A stretch of DNA of 61,182 bases, taken from Acidimicrobiales bacterium (GTDB lineage Bacteria > Actinomycetota > Acidimicrobiia > Acidimicrobiales > SZUA-35). Numbering within the stretch: position 1 is the stretch's first letter; each line of letters begins with the position of its first letter. Location of the stretch: NCBI GenBank assembly GCA_024638805.1, contig JAHEJO010000002.1:1-61182 (forward strand). Direction: 5' to 3'. Below, in pieces: positions 17,243 to 25,882 of the stretch. The notes below the pieces were generated by a model, which saw nothing but the letters and a program-made list of their open reading frames with translations, was not told where the DNA came from and made no database searches. The translations under genes were made by a program, and so were the position numbers.

Positions 17243-18150
17243 TCGCCGCCGACTCCCAGACCCAAGCCTGGCTGAGTCGATGCACCTTCGCCTCGCCTGG
17301 CTCCCATGTGGTGTGCGCCGTGTCCGGTGGTGCCGATTCGCTGGCGATGCTGGTGCTGGCCCTCGCCGCCGGTCTGGAGGTCACCGCCGTCCACGTCGAT
17401 CACGGCCTCCGGCCTGGCAGCGCCGACGAGGCCGGCTACGTTGCCGACGTGACACGGCGATGGGGGGTGGAACTGCGGGCCGCGTCGGTGCGGATCGAGC
17501 CTGGCCCGAATCTCGAGGAGCGGGCCAGGACGGCTCGCTACCGGGTCCTTGGCCCCGACGTCCTGACCGGTCACACCGCCGATGACCAGGCCGAAACCGT
17601 CCTTCTCCAGATCCTCCGGGGGGCCGGCGTCGACGGAATCGCCGCCATGGCTCCCGGGCCGACCAAACCGATCCTCGCCCTGCGCAGGACCGAAACCCGA
17701 GGCGTGTGTCAGCATTTCGGGATGCGCTGGTTCGATGACCCGTCGAACGCCGATCCGAGATTCGTGCGGAATCGGGTGCGGCACGAAGTACTCCCGCTGA
17801 TCAACGACATCGCCCGTCGCGATTGTGTCCCCCTTCTCAACCGCACCGCAGCGGCTGCACGTCAGTCGACCGCGGTTCTCCGGTCACTTCTACCCGCGGG
17901 CGACCCGTCCGACACGCGATGGTTGGCGACCCTCCCGGAGGATCAGGCGGTGCTGCTCGTACGCAGGTGGTTGGCCGATCGGACCGGACGCGCCGTGTCG
18001 GCAGCGGCAACCGCCCGGGCCATGACCGTCGTCGAGCACCGTGCCACGGGAACCGAACTCGAGGGTGGCTGGAGCCTTCGACGAACCGACGGCCGCCTGC
18101 GTGTTCACGCCGTCGGTGACGCCCGACCGGCCTCGGGTCCGCCTCGCTAG
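17221..18150 (+). CDS. tilS: tRNA(Ile)-lysidine synthase
   Basis: PP-loop CAVSGGADSLAM; HVDHGLRPGS; GHTADDQAETVLL. Confidence 0.85.
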   Translation: MDSTDGLIAADSQTQAWLSRCTFASPGSHVVCAVSGGADSLAMLVLALAAGLEVTAVHVDHGLRPGSADEAGYVADVTRRWGVELRAASVRIEPGPNLEERARTARYRVLGPDVLTGHTADDQAETVLLQILRGAGVDGIAAMAPGPTKPILALRRTETRGVCQHFGMRWFDDPSNADPRFVRNRVRHEVLPLINDIARRDCVPLLNRTAAAARQSTAVLRSLLPAGDPSDTRWLATLPEDQAVLLVRRWLADRTGRAVSAAATARAMTVVEHRATGTELEGGWSLRRTDGRLRVHAVGDARPASGPPR

Positions 18151-18160
18151 GGTGAAACCG

Positions 18161-19006
18161 ATGCGTCCCCTCGTCATGGGCATTCTCAACGTCACGCCCG
18201 ACTCCTTCTCCGACGGCGGACGCTTCGACACCGTCGATGCCGCGATCGCCCACGCCCGTTCGATGGTCGACGACGGTGCCGACATCGTGGATGTCGGCGG
18301 AGAGTCGACCCGCCCGGGTGCCGCTCCGGTCGGGGTCGATGAAGAACTCGAGCGGGTCCTCCCGATCGTCGGATCGGTCAGCCCGTTCCGCCGGGTGTCG
18401 ATCGACACCAGAAACGAGCCGGTGGCGCGCGCTGCGGTCGAGGCGGGAGCAACGATGATCAACGACGTGTCGGCGTCGCTCGGATCGGTCGCGGCCGAGC
18501 TCGGTGTGGGGTTCGTGGCGATGCACATGAAAGGCCGACCGGACACCATGCAGGAGGCACCGCACTACGACGACGTGGTCGCCGAGGTGCGGGACTTCTG
18601 CGTACAGCGCGCCGTCGCCGCAGTAGACGCAGGCTGCACCGAGGTGTGGATCGATCCCGGATTCGGTTTCGGAAAGACCGAACCACACAACCTCGAGCTG
18701 CTCACCCGGCTCGACGAGATCACCGATGCTGGCTTCGGTGTGGTCGTCGGGACCAGCCGCAAGAGATGGATCGGATCGATGCACACCCGTTCGGATCAGC
18801 GCATTTCGGTCGCGCCGACGCCGCCTGTCGGAGTCCACGACCGATTGGAGGGTTCGGTGGCCACCGCAACCTACGCGATGGCGATGGGGGCAACGATGAT
18901 CCGGGTGCACGATGTCAAGGCGGGCCGGCAAGCCGCAAGCGTTGTTGCGGGACGGACCACTCCCGCCGGTTCCACGGCCTCAGGAGGGCGGTATGGCAAA
19001 AGGTAA
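18161..19006 (+). CDS. folP: Dihydropteroate synthase
   Basis: MGILNVTPDSFSDGG, DVGGESTRPG, and MIRVHDV near the C-terminus. ATG 18161 (alt GTG 18152). Confidence 0.9.
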   Translation: MRPLVMGILNVTPDSFSDGGRFDTVDAAIAHARSMVDDGADIVDVGGESTRPGAAPVGVDEELERVLPIVGSVSPFRRVSIDTRNEPVARAAVEAGATMINDVSASLGSVAAELGVGFVAMHMKGRPDTMQEAPHYDDVVAEVRDFCVQRAVAAVDAGCTEVWIDPGFGFGKTEPHNLELLTRLDEITDAGFGVVVGTSRKRWIGSMHTRSDQRISVAPTPPVGVHDRLEGSVATATYAMAMGATMIRVHDVKAGRQAASVVAGRTTPAGSTASGGRYGKR

Positions 19007-19538
19007 ATGGGCACAGGGAATCCCACCACGGGACTTCAGATGGGTGATCGCGGACAAGTTCGCGATCTGCGAGAAGCTCGGCGGCTACGGAGAACATCAC
19101 CGACCGGTTCGGCGCCAGGAGGAGGTCATCTGGGTTCGCGAACGACGCTTTCGGTATGTCATATCCCTCACACCGGGCGACGACCTGAGCGGCTACGACG
19201 AGTTGGGTGTCCGCTGGAAACACTGGCCGCTGCACGGGACCGCAGATCTCGTGACGTCGCTGGCTGCGATCTACACCGAGTTGCAGCGTCTGCTGCGCAC
19301 CGACTCGCCGATCCTCGTGCACATGGAGGAGGTCAGCGACAGATTGGCGGGGTTCATCGGGGGCTATCTCGTTTTCACCCGGATGGTTCCGGAGGTTTCG
19401 GAGGCGATCCAGTTGACCGAGAAGTTGATGGAACGTCCTCTCGGTCCCGTGGGTCGCCAGATGGTCACGGCCGGGCATCGCGTCGTCGAGGCCAACGAGG
19501 CCGATTCCCAGACGGAGAAGTCCGAGTCCGACGCGTGA
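18993..19538 (+). CDS. Dual-specificity-phosphatase-like protein with degenerate active site (Cys replaced by Met)
   Basis: 181 aa. AGGAGGG SD lies before ATG 18993. SPILVHMEEVSDRLAGFIGGYLV aligns with the DSP P-loop VHCxxGxxR(S/T)G, but with M in place of the catalytic C. Embedded between folP and folB with overlaps on both sides. Confidence 0.6.
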   Translation: MAKGKWAQGIPPRDFRWVIADKFAICEKLGGYGEHHRPVRRQEEVIWVRERRFRYVISLTPGDDLSGYDELGVRWKHWPLHGTADLVTSLAAIYTELQRLLRTDSPILVHMEEVSDRLAGFIGGYLVFTRMVPEVSEAIQLTEKLMERPLGPVGRQMVTAGHRVVEANEADSQTEKSESDA

Positions 19539-19897
19539 CCGACCGCATCGAGATTCGTGGGTTCGAAATCCTTCTCTACTGCGGTGTTCTGCCCGAGGAG
19601 AGGATCCGCCGGCAGCCACTCCGGATCGATCTTGATCTCGAGGTCGATCTGTCCGGGCCGTCCGAGAACGACGTGCTCGACCGGACCGTCGATTACGGTG
19701 CCGTGATCGACCAGGTCGCCACTCGACTCCAGGCGGAACGTTTCGACCTCCTCGAACGAGTTGCCGGGCTCATCGCCGAGGTTGTGTTGTCCGATCGGTC
19801 GGTGTCGGCGGTCGAGGTCGCAGTCCACAAACTCCGACCGCCGGTGGCCCAACATGTCGGGAGTACTGGGGTCCGCCTTCGCCGGGAACAACATTGA
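19535..19897 (+). CDS. folB: Dihydroneopterin aldolase
   Basis: GTG 19535 overlaps the upstream stop (GTGA). IEIRGFEILLYCGVLPEERIRRQPLRIDLDL is a typical FolB N-terminus. Confidence 0.85.
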   Translation: MTDRIEIRGFEILLYCGVLPEERIRRQPLRIDLDLEVDLSGPSENDVLDRTVDYGAVIDQVATRLQAERFDLLERVAGLIAEVVLSDRSVSAVEVAVHKLRPPVAQHVGSTGVRLRREQH

Positions 19898-20364
19898 GCG
19901 AATCGGTCCCGGCAACCCGGGCGTTCCTGGCCCTGGGCTCGAATCTCGGCGATCGCCGGCGATATCTGCGAGATGCGGTCGGTGGTCTCGATGACGTCGT
20001 CGCGGTGAGTCCCGTCTACGAGAGCGAGCCGGTCGGGGGTCCGGATCAGGATCAGTTCCTGAACATCGTCATCGAGGTGCTGACGATCCGGTCCCCGGAG
20101 CGGTTGCTCGCCGTGTGTCACGAACTCGAACGGTCCGCTCAGCGCACCCGGACGGTCCGCTGGGGTCCTCGAACGCTCGATGTGGACGTGGTCTGGATCG
20201 ACGGCCACACCTCGGACGATCCGCACCTGACGGTCCCACATCCCCGGGCCCACGAGCGCAACTTCGTCATGATCCCATTGTTCGATCTCGCCCCCGGTCT
20301 GATGATTCCCGGGTACGACCCGGCAGGAGCGCTCGGCACGGTACACAATCGGGGACCGTTGTAG
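19894..20364 (+). CDS. folK: 2-amino-4-hydroxy-6-hydroxymethyldihydropteridine diphosphokinase
   Basis: TTG 19894 overlaps the folB stop (TTGA). AFLALGSNLGDR, RWGPRTLDVDVV, PHPRAHERNFV. Confidence 0.9.
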   Translation: MSESVPATRAFLALGSNLGDRRRYLRDAVGGLDDVVAVSPVYESEPVGGPDQDQFLNIVIEVLTIRSPERLLAVCHELERSAQRTRTVRWGPRTLDVDVVWIDGHTSDDPHLTVPHPRAHERNFVMIPLFDLAPGLMIPGYDPAGALGTVHNRGPL

Positions 20365-20412
20365 ACAACACTCTGACCACGGCCAGTCGTCATCGAAAGT
20401 GCAGAAGCTCCC

Positions 20413-21984
20413 ATGGCAACACTCGACCTGCTCGTCATCGGTAGTGGCGTCTCAGGTCTTTCGGCTGCGGTGCGTGCCGCCAGCGCGCACCGGCTCCGCG
20501 TCGGGGTCATCACGAAAGGGCAGCTTCACCAGACGACCACCCGATGGGCCCAGGGTGGCGTCGCCGCCGTTCTCGGCGGCACCGACGATCCGGACTCGAC
20601 CGATCTTCATCTGGCGGACACGCTGGCCGCAGGAGCCGGGTTGTGCGACCTGGACGCCGTTCGGGTGCTCGTGGACGAAGGACCTGTCGGCGTCAGCGAC
20701 CTCATCGCTCTGGGCGCCATCTTCGACCGAGATCACGACGGTGACTTCATGCGCGCACGAGAGGGAGGCCACAGCCTGCCCCGCATCCTCCACGCCAAGG
20801 GGGATGCAACCGGAGCCGAGATCGAACGGGCGCTCGTGGTCGCGGTGCACGATACGGCGGCCTCGTTGGTCGAACATGCTTTCGCCGATTCGCTGCTGGT
20901 CGAGGACGGTCGATGCGTCGGCGTCCGCTACCAGAACGCCGCCGGAGACCTCCACGAGATGGAGGCTGTCCATGTGCTCCTGGCCGCCGGCGGCGCCGGC
21001 CAGCTGTATTCGGTGACGACCAATCCGGTCGAGGCGACCGGCGACGGCATCTCGATGGCCTTGGCCGCCGGGGCTGCGCTCGGCGACATCGAGTTCGTAC
21101 AGTTCCATCCGACCGCCCTGCACCACCCTTCCATGCCCCGACCCCTGCTGTCCGAAGCGCTCAGAGGTCACGGTGCGGTGTTGCGCGATTCCAACGGCGA
21201 TCGGTTCGTCGACGAACTTCAGCCTCGGGACGTGGTCAGTCGAGCGATGATGCTGACGATGATCGACCAGGAGGTCGACCATCTCTATCTGGACGCCACC
21301 GGTCTCGAGAATTTCGCCGCCCGATTCCCCACCATTCATCGATCCCTCCAGGTTGTCGGTCTCGACGCGACGACCGACCTCCTGCCGATAGCACCGGCCG
21401 CCCACTACGCATGCGGCGGCGTGATCACCGATCTTCGTGGCGCGACCACGCTCCCGGGCCTCTGGGCAGCTGGCGAGGTCGCGTGCTCGGGTGTCCACGG
21501 AGCAAACCGACTGGCGTCCAATTCGCTTCTCGAGGGCATGGTCTTCGGGCCTCGGGCGATCGACGCGATCGCCGAAGGGGTGACAGGTGCCGAGCCCACC
21601 GGCGCCATGCGCACGGTGCTCACGCCCGACGAAGCAGCGGTACGGGGCAAAAGGCTCGCACCGCCGCCGCCCCCCCGGTGGGGACCTGCCGATGCCGACC
21701 CCGGCGAGGTTCGCCGTGAAGCACAGAACGCGATGACCAGGGGGGCCGGCGTCTTCCGGGACGCGGACTCGTTGGCGGAAACCGCAGCCGTGCTCGACCG
21801 GGTAGCGGCGCATGTGCCGGCGGTCGATCGTGACCCGGCCTGGCTCGAGGTGCGCAATCTGATCACGCTGGGCCGCGCCGTGGTGGCCGCTGCGGCGTCG
21901 CGCACCGAGAGCAGAGGCGCACACAGCCGGGAGGACTTCCCTGACACCTCCGACGAGTGGATGCTGCGACAGGTCATGGTCTGA
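20413..21984 (+). CDS. nadB: L-aspartate oxidase
   Basis: 523 aa. FAD motif DLLVIGSGVSGLSAA; HYACGGV; GANRLASNSLLEG; SRGAHSRED. Confidence 0.92.
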   Translation: MATLDLLVIGSGVSGLSAAVRAASAHRLRVGVITKGQLHQTTTRWAQGGVAAVLGGTDDPDSTDLHLADTLAAGAGLCDLDAVRVLVDEGPVGVSDLIALGAIFDRDHDGDFMRAREGGHSLPRILHAKGDATGAEIERALVVAVHDTAASLVEHAFADSLLVEDGRCVGVRYQNAAGDLHEMEAVHVLLAAGGAGQLYSVTTNPVEATGDGISMALAAGAALGDIEFVQFHPTALHHPSMPRPLLSEALRGHGAVLRDSNGDRFVDELQPRDVVSRAMMLTMIDQEVDHLYLDATGLENFAARFPTIHRSLQVVGLDATTDLLPIAPAAHYACGGVITDLRGATTLPGLWAAGEVACSGVHGANRLASNSLLEGMVFGPRAIDAIAEGVTGAEPTGAMRTVLTPDEAAVRGKRLAPPPPPRWGPADADPGEVRREAQNAMTRGAGVFRDADSLAETAAVLDRVAAHVPAVDRDPAWLEVRNLITLGRAVVAAAASRTESRGAHSREDFPDTSDEWMLRQVMV

Positions 21985-22031
21985 CACTCATGACGTAGAG
22001 GTGCGGGCTCGGTCAAGGCCATGCGGGATCT

Positions 22032-22964
22032 ATGCGGTGCCGGTCGGCGTCTATCGTGCTCGAGGTGCTCGACATACTGGTTTCGGTCATCGGACCGGTC
22101 GTCGCCATCGTCGCGGTCGGTGCAGTGGTCGGCCCCGGCTTGGGTCTCGAGACCGCCACGCTGTCCAGACTCGCTTTCTGGATCCTCGGGCCTGCGTTCA
22201 TCTTCGACGGCCTCGCCGAGGCGGACCTACCGCGCGAAACCGTGCTCGGCCTCGCCGCCGCGTCGGTCGCAGGTATGGTCGCCGCCGGGCTGGTCGGCGC
22301 GGGAATCTCCAAGCTGTTGGGCAACGGCTTCGAGAACATCTCAGTCGATGTCGTTTCCTCCACTTATGGGAACGTGGGCAATACCGGCATCGCCATCTGC
22401 GTGTTCGCCCTCGGTGACGAGGTTCGTCCGGCGGCAACGGTCGTGTTGGTTGTCGTTAACACGATCGGTGTGATCGTCGGTGTCTCACTGGCGACCGCCC
22501 GAACCGGCACACCGAGCGCAGCGTTTCGAGCGGCGTTGAAGACCCCTTTGGCTCTCGCTGCGTTGGCTGCCCTTCCCATCAACGTTCTCGACATCCAACT
22601 CCCGGCCTGGGTCGATCGCCCGGTCGGCCTTGTTGCCGGCGCCCTCATCCCGGTGATGCTGCTGACCCTGGGCCTCCAACTCCGGGCTGTCGACGTCAGC
22701 CGTCCCGAGCCCGGAGTCCTCGCGTCCGGTCCGTCGAAACTGTTGGTCGCACCTCTGATCGCGTGGACCGTCGGTGGCCTCGTGGGACTGGACTCGATCG
22801 ACCAGGGGGTGGTGCTCATTCAGGCATCCATGCCTCCGGCGGTTTTCACCATGCTCGTCGCACTCGAACACGATCTGGGTCCGAAACGAATGACCAGTGC
22901 TCTGGTGAGCATCACCGCGCTGTCTCTGCTGACCGTTCCGATCGCGGTTGCGATCGCCCGGTAG
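22032..22964 (+). CDS. AEC (auxin efflux carrier) family transporter
   Basis: 310 aa, about 10 hydrophobic segments in two halves. Overall pattern resembles AEC permeases. Start uncertain. Confidence 0.75.
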   Translation: MRCRSASIVLEVLDILVSVIGPVVAIVAVGAVVGPGLGLETATLSRLAFWILGPAFIFDGLAEADLPRETVLGLAAASVAGMVAAGLVGAGISKLLGNGFENISVDVVSSTYGNVGNTGIAICVFALGDEVRPAATVVLVVVNTIGVIVGVSLATARTGTPSAAFRAALKTPLALAALAALPINVLDIQLPAWVDRPVGLVAGALIPVMLLTLGLQLRAVDVSRPEPGVLASGPSKLLVAPLIAWTVGGLVGLDSIDQGVVLIQASMPPAVFTMLVALEHDLGPKRMTSALVSITALSLLTVPIAVAIAR

Positions 22965-23002
22965 CTCCATCACCTCACCGGATGCACACCCCAAGGCCTA
23001 CG

Positions 23003-23902
23003 ATGCACGGGATGCGGAGAGACCTGTTGCCCCCGGTTGCCGACGTGCGCACTCTCGTCGCCCTCGCGCTGGCCGAGGACCTCACGCCGTTGGGTGATCT
23101 GACCTCATCTTTGCTCGACCCGGCGACGGTGGCCTCAGCGGAGTTTCGGGCCCGCCAACCCGGCGTGGTCGCCGGATGTCTGTGCGTGGAGGAGACCTTC
23201 CAGGCGGTCGATTCGGCTCTGTCGGTCGAATGGGACAGGACCGACGGTGACGCCGTCGAGATCGATGATGTGATCGGCGTGGCCACCGGCCCGCTGTGCA
23301 CCCTTCTCACCGCGGAGAGGACGGCGCTCAACTTCCTGGGCTCGCTGAGCGGCATCGCATCGAATGCAGCACGATGGGTCGACGTGGCCGCCGGTCGAGT
23401 GACCGTGTGGGACACCCGCAAGACCACACCCGGATATCGGAGTCTTCAGAAGGCGGCGGTACGGGCCGGCGGGGCGGCCAATCACCGCGGCAATCTGAGC
23501 GACTGGTTGATGCTCAAGGACAACCATCTGACCGGCACGACGATCGCCGCCGCCGTCGCGACGGCACGTCTGCGGTGGCCCGGGCGGACCGTGCACGTGG
23601 AGGTGGATCATCGCGATCAGATGTTCGAAGCGCTGGGGGCGGCCGCCGACATCATCCTGCTGGACAACTTCGGGCCCGAGGAGTTGACCGGGCTGACCGC
23701 CCGAGCCCGGCGCTGGGCCGTGGAGAACCGGACGAAACCGCCGTTGCTGGAGGCCAGCGGCGGTATCACCTTGGAGACGCTCGACGCCTACGCCGCCAGT
23801 GGCGTCGACCTCGTGTCCTCGGGTTCGCTCACCAATGCTGCCGGTGTCCTCGACATCGGCCTCGATATCCGAACGGCGCCGCTCGCCGCCCAGACGGACT
23901 AG
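23003..23902 (+). CDS. nadC: Nicotinate-nucleotide diphosphorylase (carboxylating)
   Basis: LAEDLTPLGDLTS, TAERTALNFL, NHRGNLSDWLMLKDNH, LLDNF. ATG 23003 (alt 23012). Confidence 0.9.
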   Translation: MHGMRRDLLPPVADVRTLVALALAEDLTPLGDLTSSLLDPATVASAEFRARQPGVVAGCLCVEETFQAVDSALSVEWDRTDGDAVEIDDVIGVATGPLCTLLTAERTALNFLGSLSGIASNAARWVDVAAGRVTVWDTRKTTPGYRSLQKAAVRAGGAANHRGNLSDWLMLKDNHLTGTTIAAAVATARLRWPGRTVHVEVDHRDQMFEALGAAADIILLDNFGPEELTGLTARARRWAVENRTKPPLLEASGGITLETLDAYAASGVDLVSSGSLTNAAGVLDIGLDIRTAPLAAQTD

Positions 23903-23912
23903 AGCACCTCCG

Positions 23913-25379
23913 ATGAAGCAGGAGATCCCGTACCGATTCGAACCGACCGCCACCTCCGCCCAGCTGGGGGTGGATTACGGGGACCTCGATGCCGGAGTGG
24001 AAACAGGGGTGACCGTGACCGTCGCCGGGCGGCTGATGCTGCGCCGGACCCAGGGCAAACTCGCATTCGGCACGCTCCAGGACTCGGACGGGCGGATCCA
24101 GTTGTTCGCTCCCTCCAAGGTCACCCCTGACTTCGACCGGTTCACGGGCCTGTCGCTGGGCGACTGGATCGGTGTGACGGGCGAGGTCATGACGACAAAG
24201 AGGGGTGAGCTCAGCATCAAGGTCCAGGACTGGACGCTTCTGGCCGAGACCCGGCGGCCGTTCCCCGACAAGTTCCACGGCATCTCCGACCCCGAACTGC
24301 GGTACCGGCAGCGCTACCTCGACCTGTGGGTCACCCCTGAGGCGCGCCGCGTCGTCGTGATGCGCTCCAGAATGTTGAGCCTGACCAGACGCTGGCTCGA
24401 GGACCGAGGATTTCTCGAGGTCGAAACGCCGGTGTTCCACCCAATTCCCGGTGGTGCCCTGGCCCGTCCGTTCACAACCCATCACAATGCGCTCGACTCG
24501 GAGTTCTTCCTCCGGATCGCGCCGGAGCTGTATCTGAAGCGTTTGGTTGTCGGTGGGCTCGAACGGGTCTTCGAGATCGCCCGGGTGTTCCGGAACGAAG
24601 GCATCAGCACCCGGCACAACCCCGAGTTCACGATGCTCGAGCTGTATCAAGCCTACGCCGACTACCACGACATCATGCGACTCGTCGAGGAGTTGATCGA
24701 GTTCCTGGCCGTCGAGCTGGTCGGCTCCGCCGTTGTCACCTACGACGGCCGCTCCCTCGATCTCAGCGCACCGTGGCGACGGGCCACCTTGGTCGAGCTG
24801 ATCGAGGAGTACACCGGCGAGGCGCTCGGTGTCGACACGCCGATCGACGCGCTCCGGAAGGCGTGCGCTGATCATGACGTGCCTGTCGATGACGGTGATG
24901 GACGCGGCAAACTCCTGCTCGAACTCTACGAAAAGACCGTCGAGGGGAACCTCTGGGGTCCGGTGTTCGTGACGGACTACCCCGAAGAGGTTTCGCCCCT
25001 GGCCCGCGCCCATCGCACCAGGCCGGGGTACGCAGAGCGCTTCGAGGCCATCATCGCCGGGCGCGAGCTCTGCAATGCGTTCAGCGAGTTGATCGATCCC
25101 GATGATCAGAGGAGGCGATTCGAAGAACAGGCGGCGGCCAAGTCCGGCGGTGACGCCGAGGCGATGCCGGTCGACGAGGATTTCCTGCGCTCGCTGGACT
25201 ACGGCTTGCCTCCGACCGGAGGCCTCGGCATCGGGATCGACCGGCTGGTCATGCTGCTGGCCGATGTTCAGACGATTCGAGATGTCGTTCTGTTCCCGAC
25301 CCTCAAACCCGAGGTCTTCGATGGCGCCGAGGACTCCGGGGTCGCGATCGCGGCCCCTGACGTCGGCCCCGACGTGTGA
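23913..25379 (+). CDS. lysS: Lysine--tRNA ligase (class II)
   Basis: OB-fold N-terminus VTVAGRLMLRRTQGKLAFGTLQD. Class II motifs FRNEGISTRHNPEFTMLE and GLGIGIDRLVM. Confidence 0.95.
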   Translation: MKQEIPYRFEPTATSAQLGVDYGDLDAGVETGVTVTVAGRLMLRRTQGKLAFGTLQDSDGRIQLFAPSKVTPDFDRFTGLSLGDWIGVTGEVMTTKRGELSIKVQDWTLLAETRRPFPDKFHGISDPELRYRQRYLDLWVTPEARRVVVMRSRMLSLTRRWLEDRGFLEVETPVFHPIPGGALARPFTTHHNALDSEFFLRIAPELYLKRLVVGGLERVFEIARVFRNEGISTRHNPEFTMLELYQAYADYHDIMRLVEELIEFLAVELVGSAVVTYDGRSLDLSAPWRRATLVELIEEYTGEALGVDTPIDALRKACADHDVPVDDGDGRGKLLLELYEKTVEGNLWGPVFVTDYPEEVSPLARAHRTRPGYAERFEAIIAGRELCNAFSELIDPDDQRRRFEEQAAAKSGGDAEAMPVDEDFLRSLDYGLPPTGGLGIGIDRLVMLLADVQTIRDVVLFPTLKPEVFDGAEDSGVAIAAPDVGPDV

Positions 25380-25882
25380 GGAACCGCCGAACGTTCGTGG
25401 GTGCCGAGGTTGCCTATCATCGTCCGGTGGATCTGATCTGGGGACTGCCTGCGCATCCGCTGATGGTTCATGCGCCCGTCGTGTTGTTGCCCCTGTCCGT
25501 GGTCGGTTCGATCATCTTGGCCACGTCGGCCAAACACCGCGATCGGTACGATCTGCTCGTCGGTGCCGGTGCTGTCGTGGCCCTCGTCTCGACCTTTCTG
25601 GCCACCAAATCCGGTGAGCGATTGAGCGAACGGCTGGCGGTCGAGGCAGCCGTCGAACGTCACGAGGATCTCGCCGGGACGACCCTCGTACTGGCGGCCG
25701 CCTTTGCGGTTCTCACCCTCGTCAATGCCGCCACATCCAGAATCCGTGCGTTCGACCGATCCACGGTCTCTGGTGCGATTCTGCCGGTCGTCGCGGCGTG
25801 TATCGGCGTCCTGGCAACGATCTGGATGATCCGGACCGGCCACGAGGGCGCCCGGCTCGTGTGGGAGAACGTCGTCGAGTAG
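25376..25882 (+). CDS. Membrane protein, DUF2231-like
   Basis: Four hydrophobic helices. The N-terminal HPLMVHAPVVLLPLS resembles the DUF2231 HP..VH.P motif. Start uncertain (GTG 25376 or 25427). Confidence 0.55.
   Translation: MRNRRTFVGAEVAYHRPVDLIWGLPAHPLMVHAPVVLLPLSVVGSIILATSAKHRDRYDLLVGAGAVVALVSTFLATKSGERLSERLAVEAAVERHEDLAGTTLVLAAAFAVLTLVNAATSRIRAFDRSTVSGAILPVVAACIGVLATIWMIRTGHEGARLVWENVVE

Noticed and set aside
20452-21987. 511-aa ORF antisense to nadB
   Set aside because: It is Arg/Gly/Pro-rich with no motifs. The + strand product has clear L-aspartate oxidase motifs. Long antisense ORFs are expected in GC-rich DNA.
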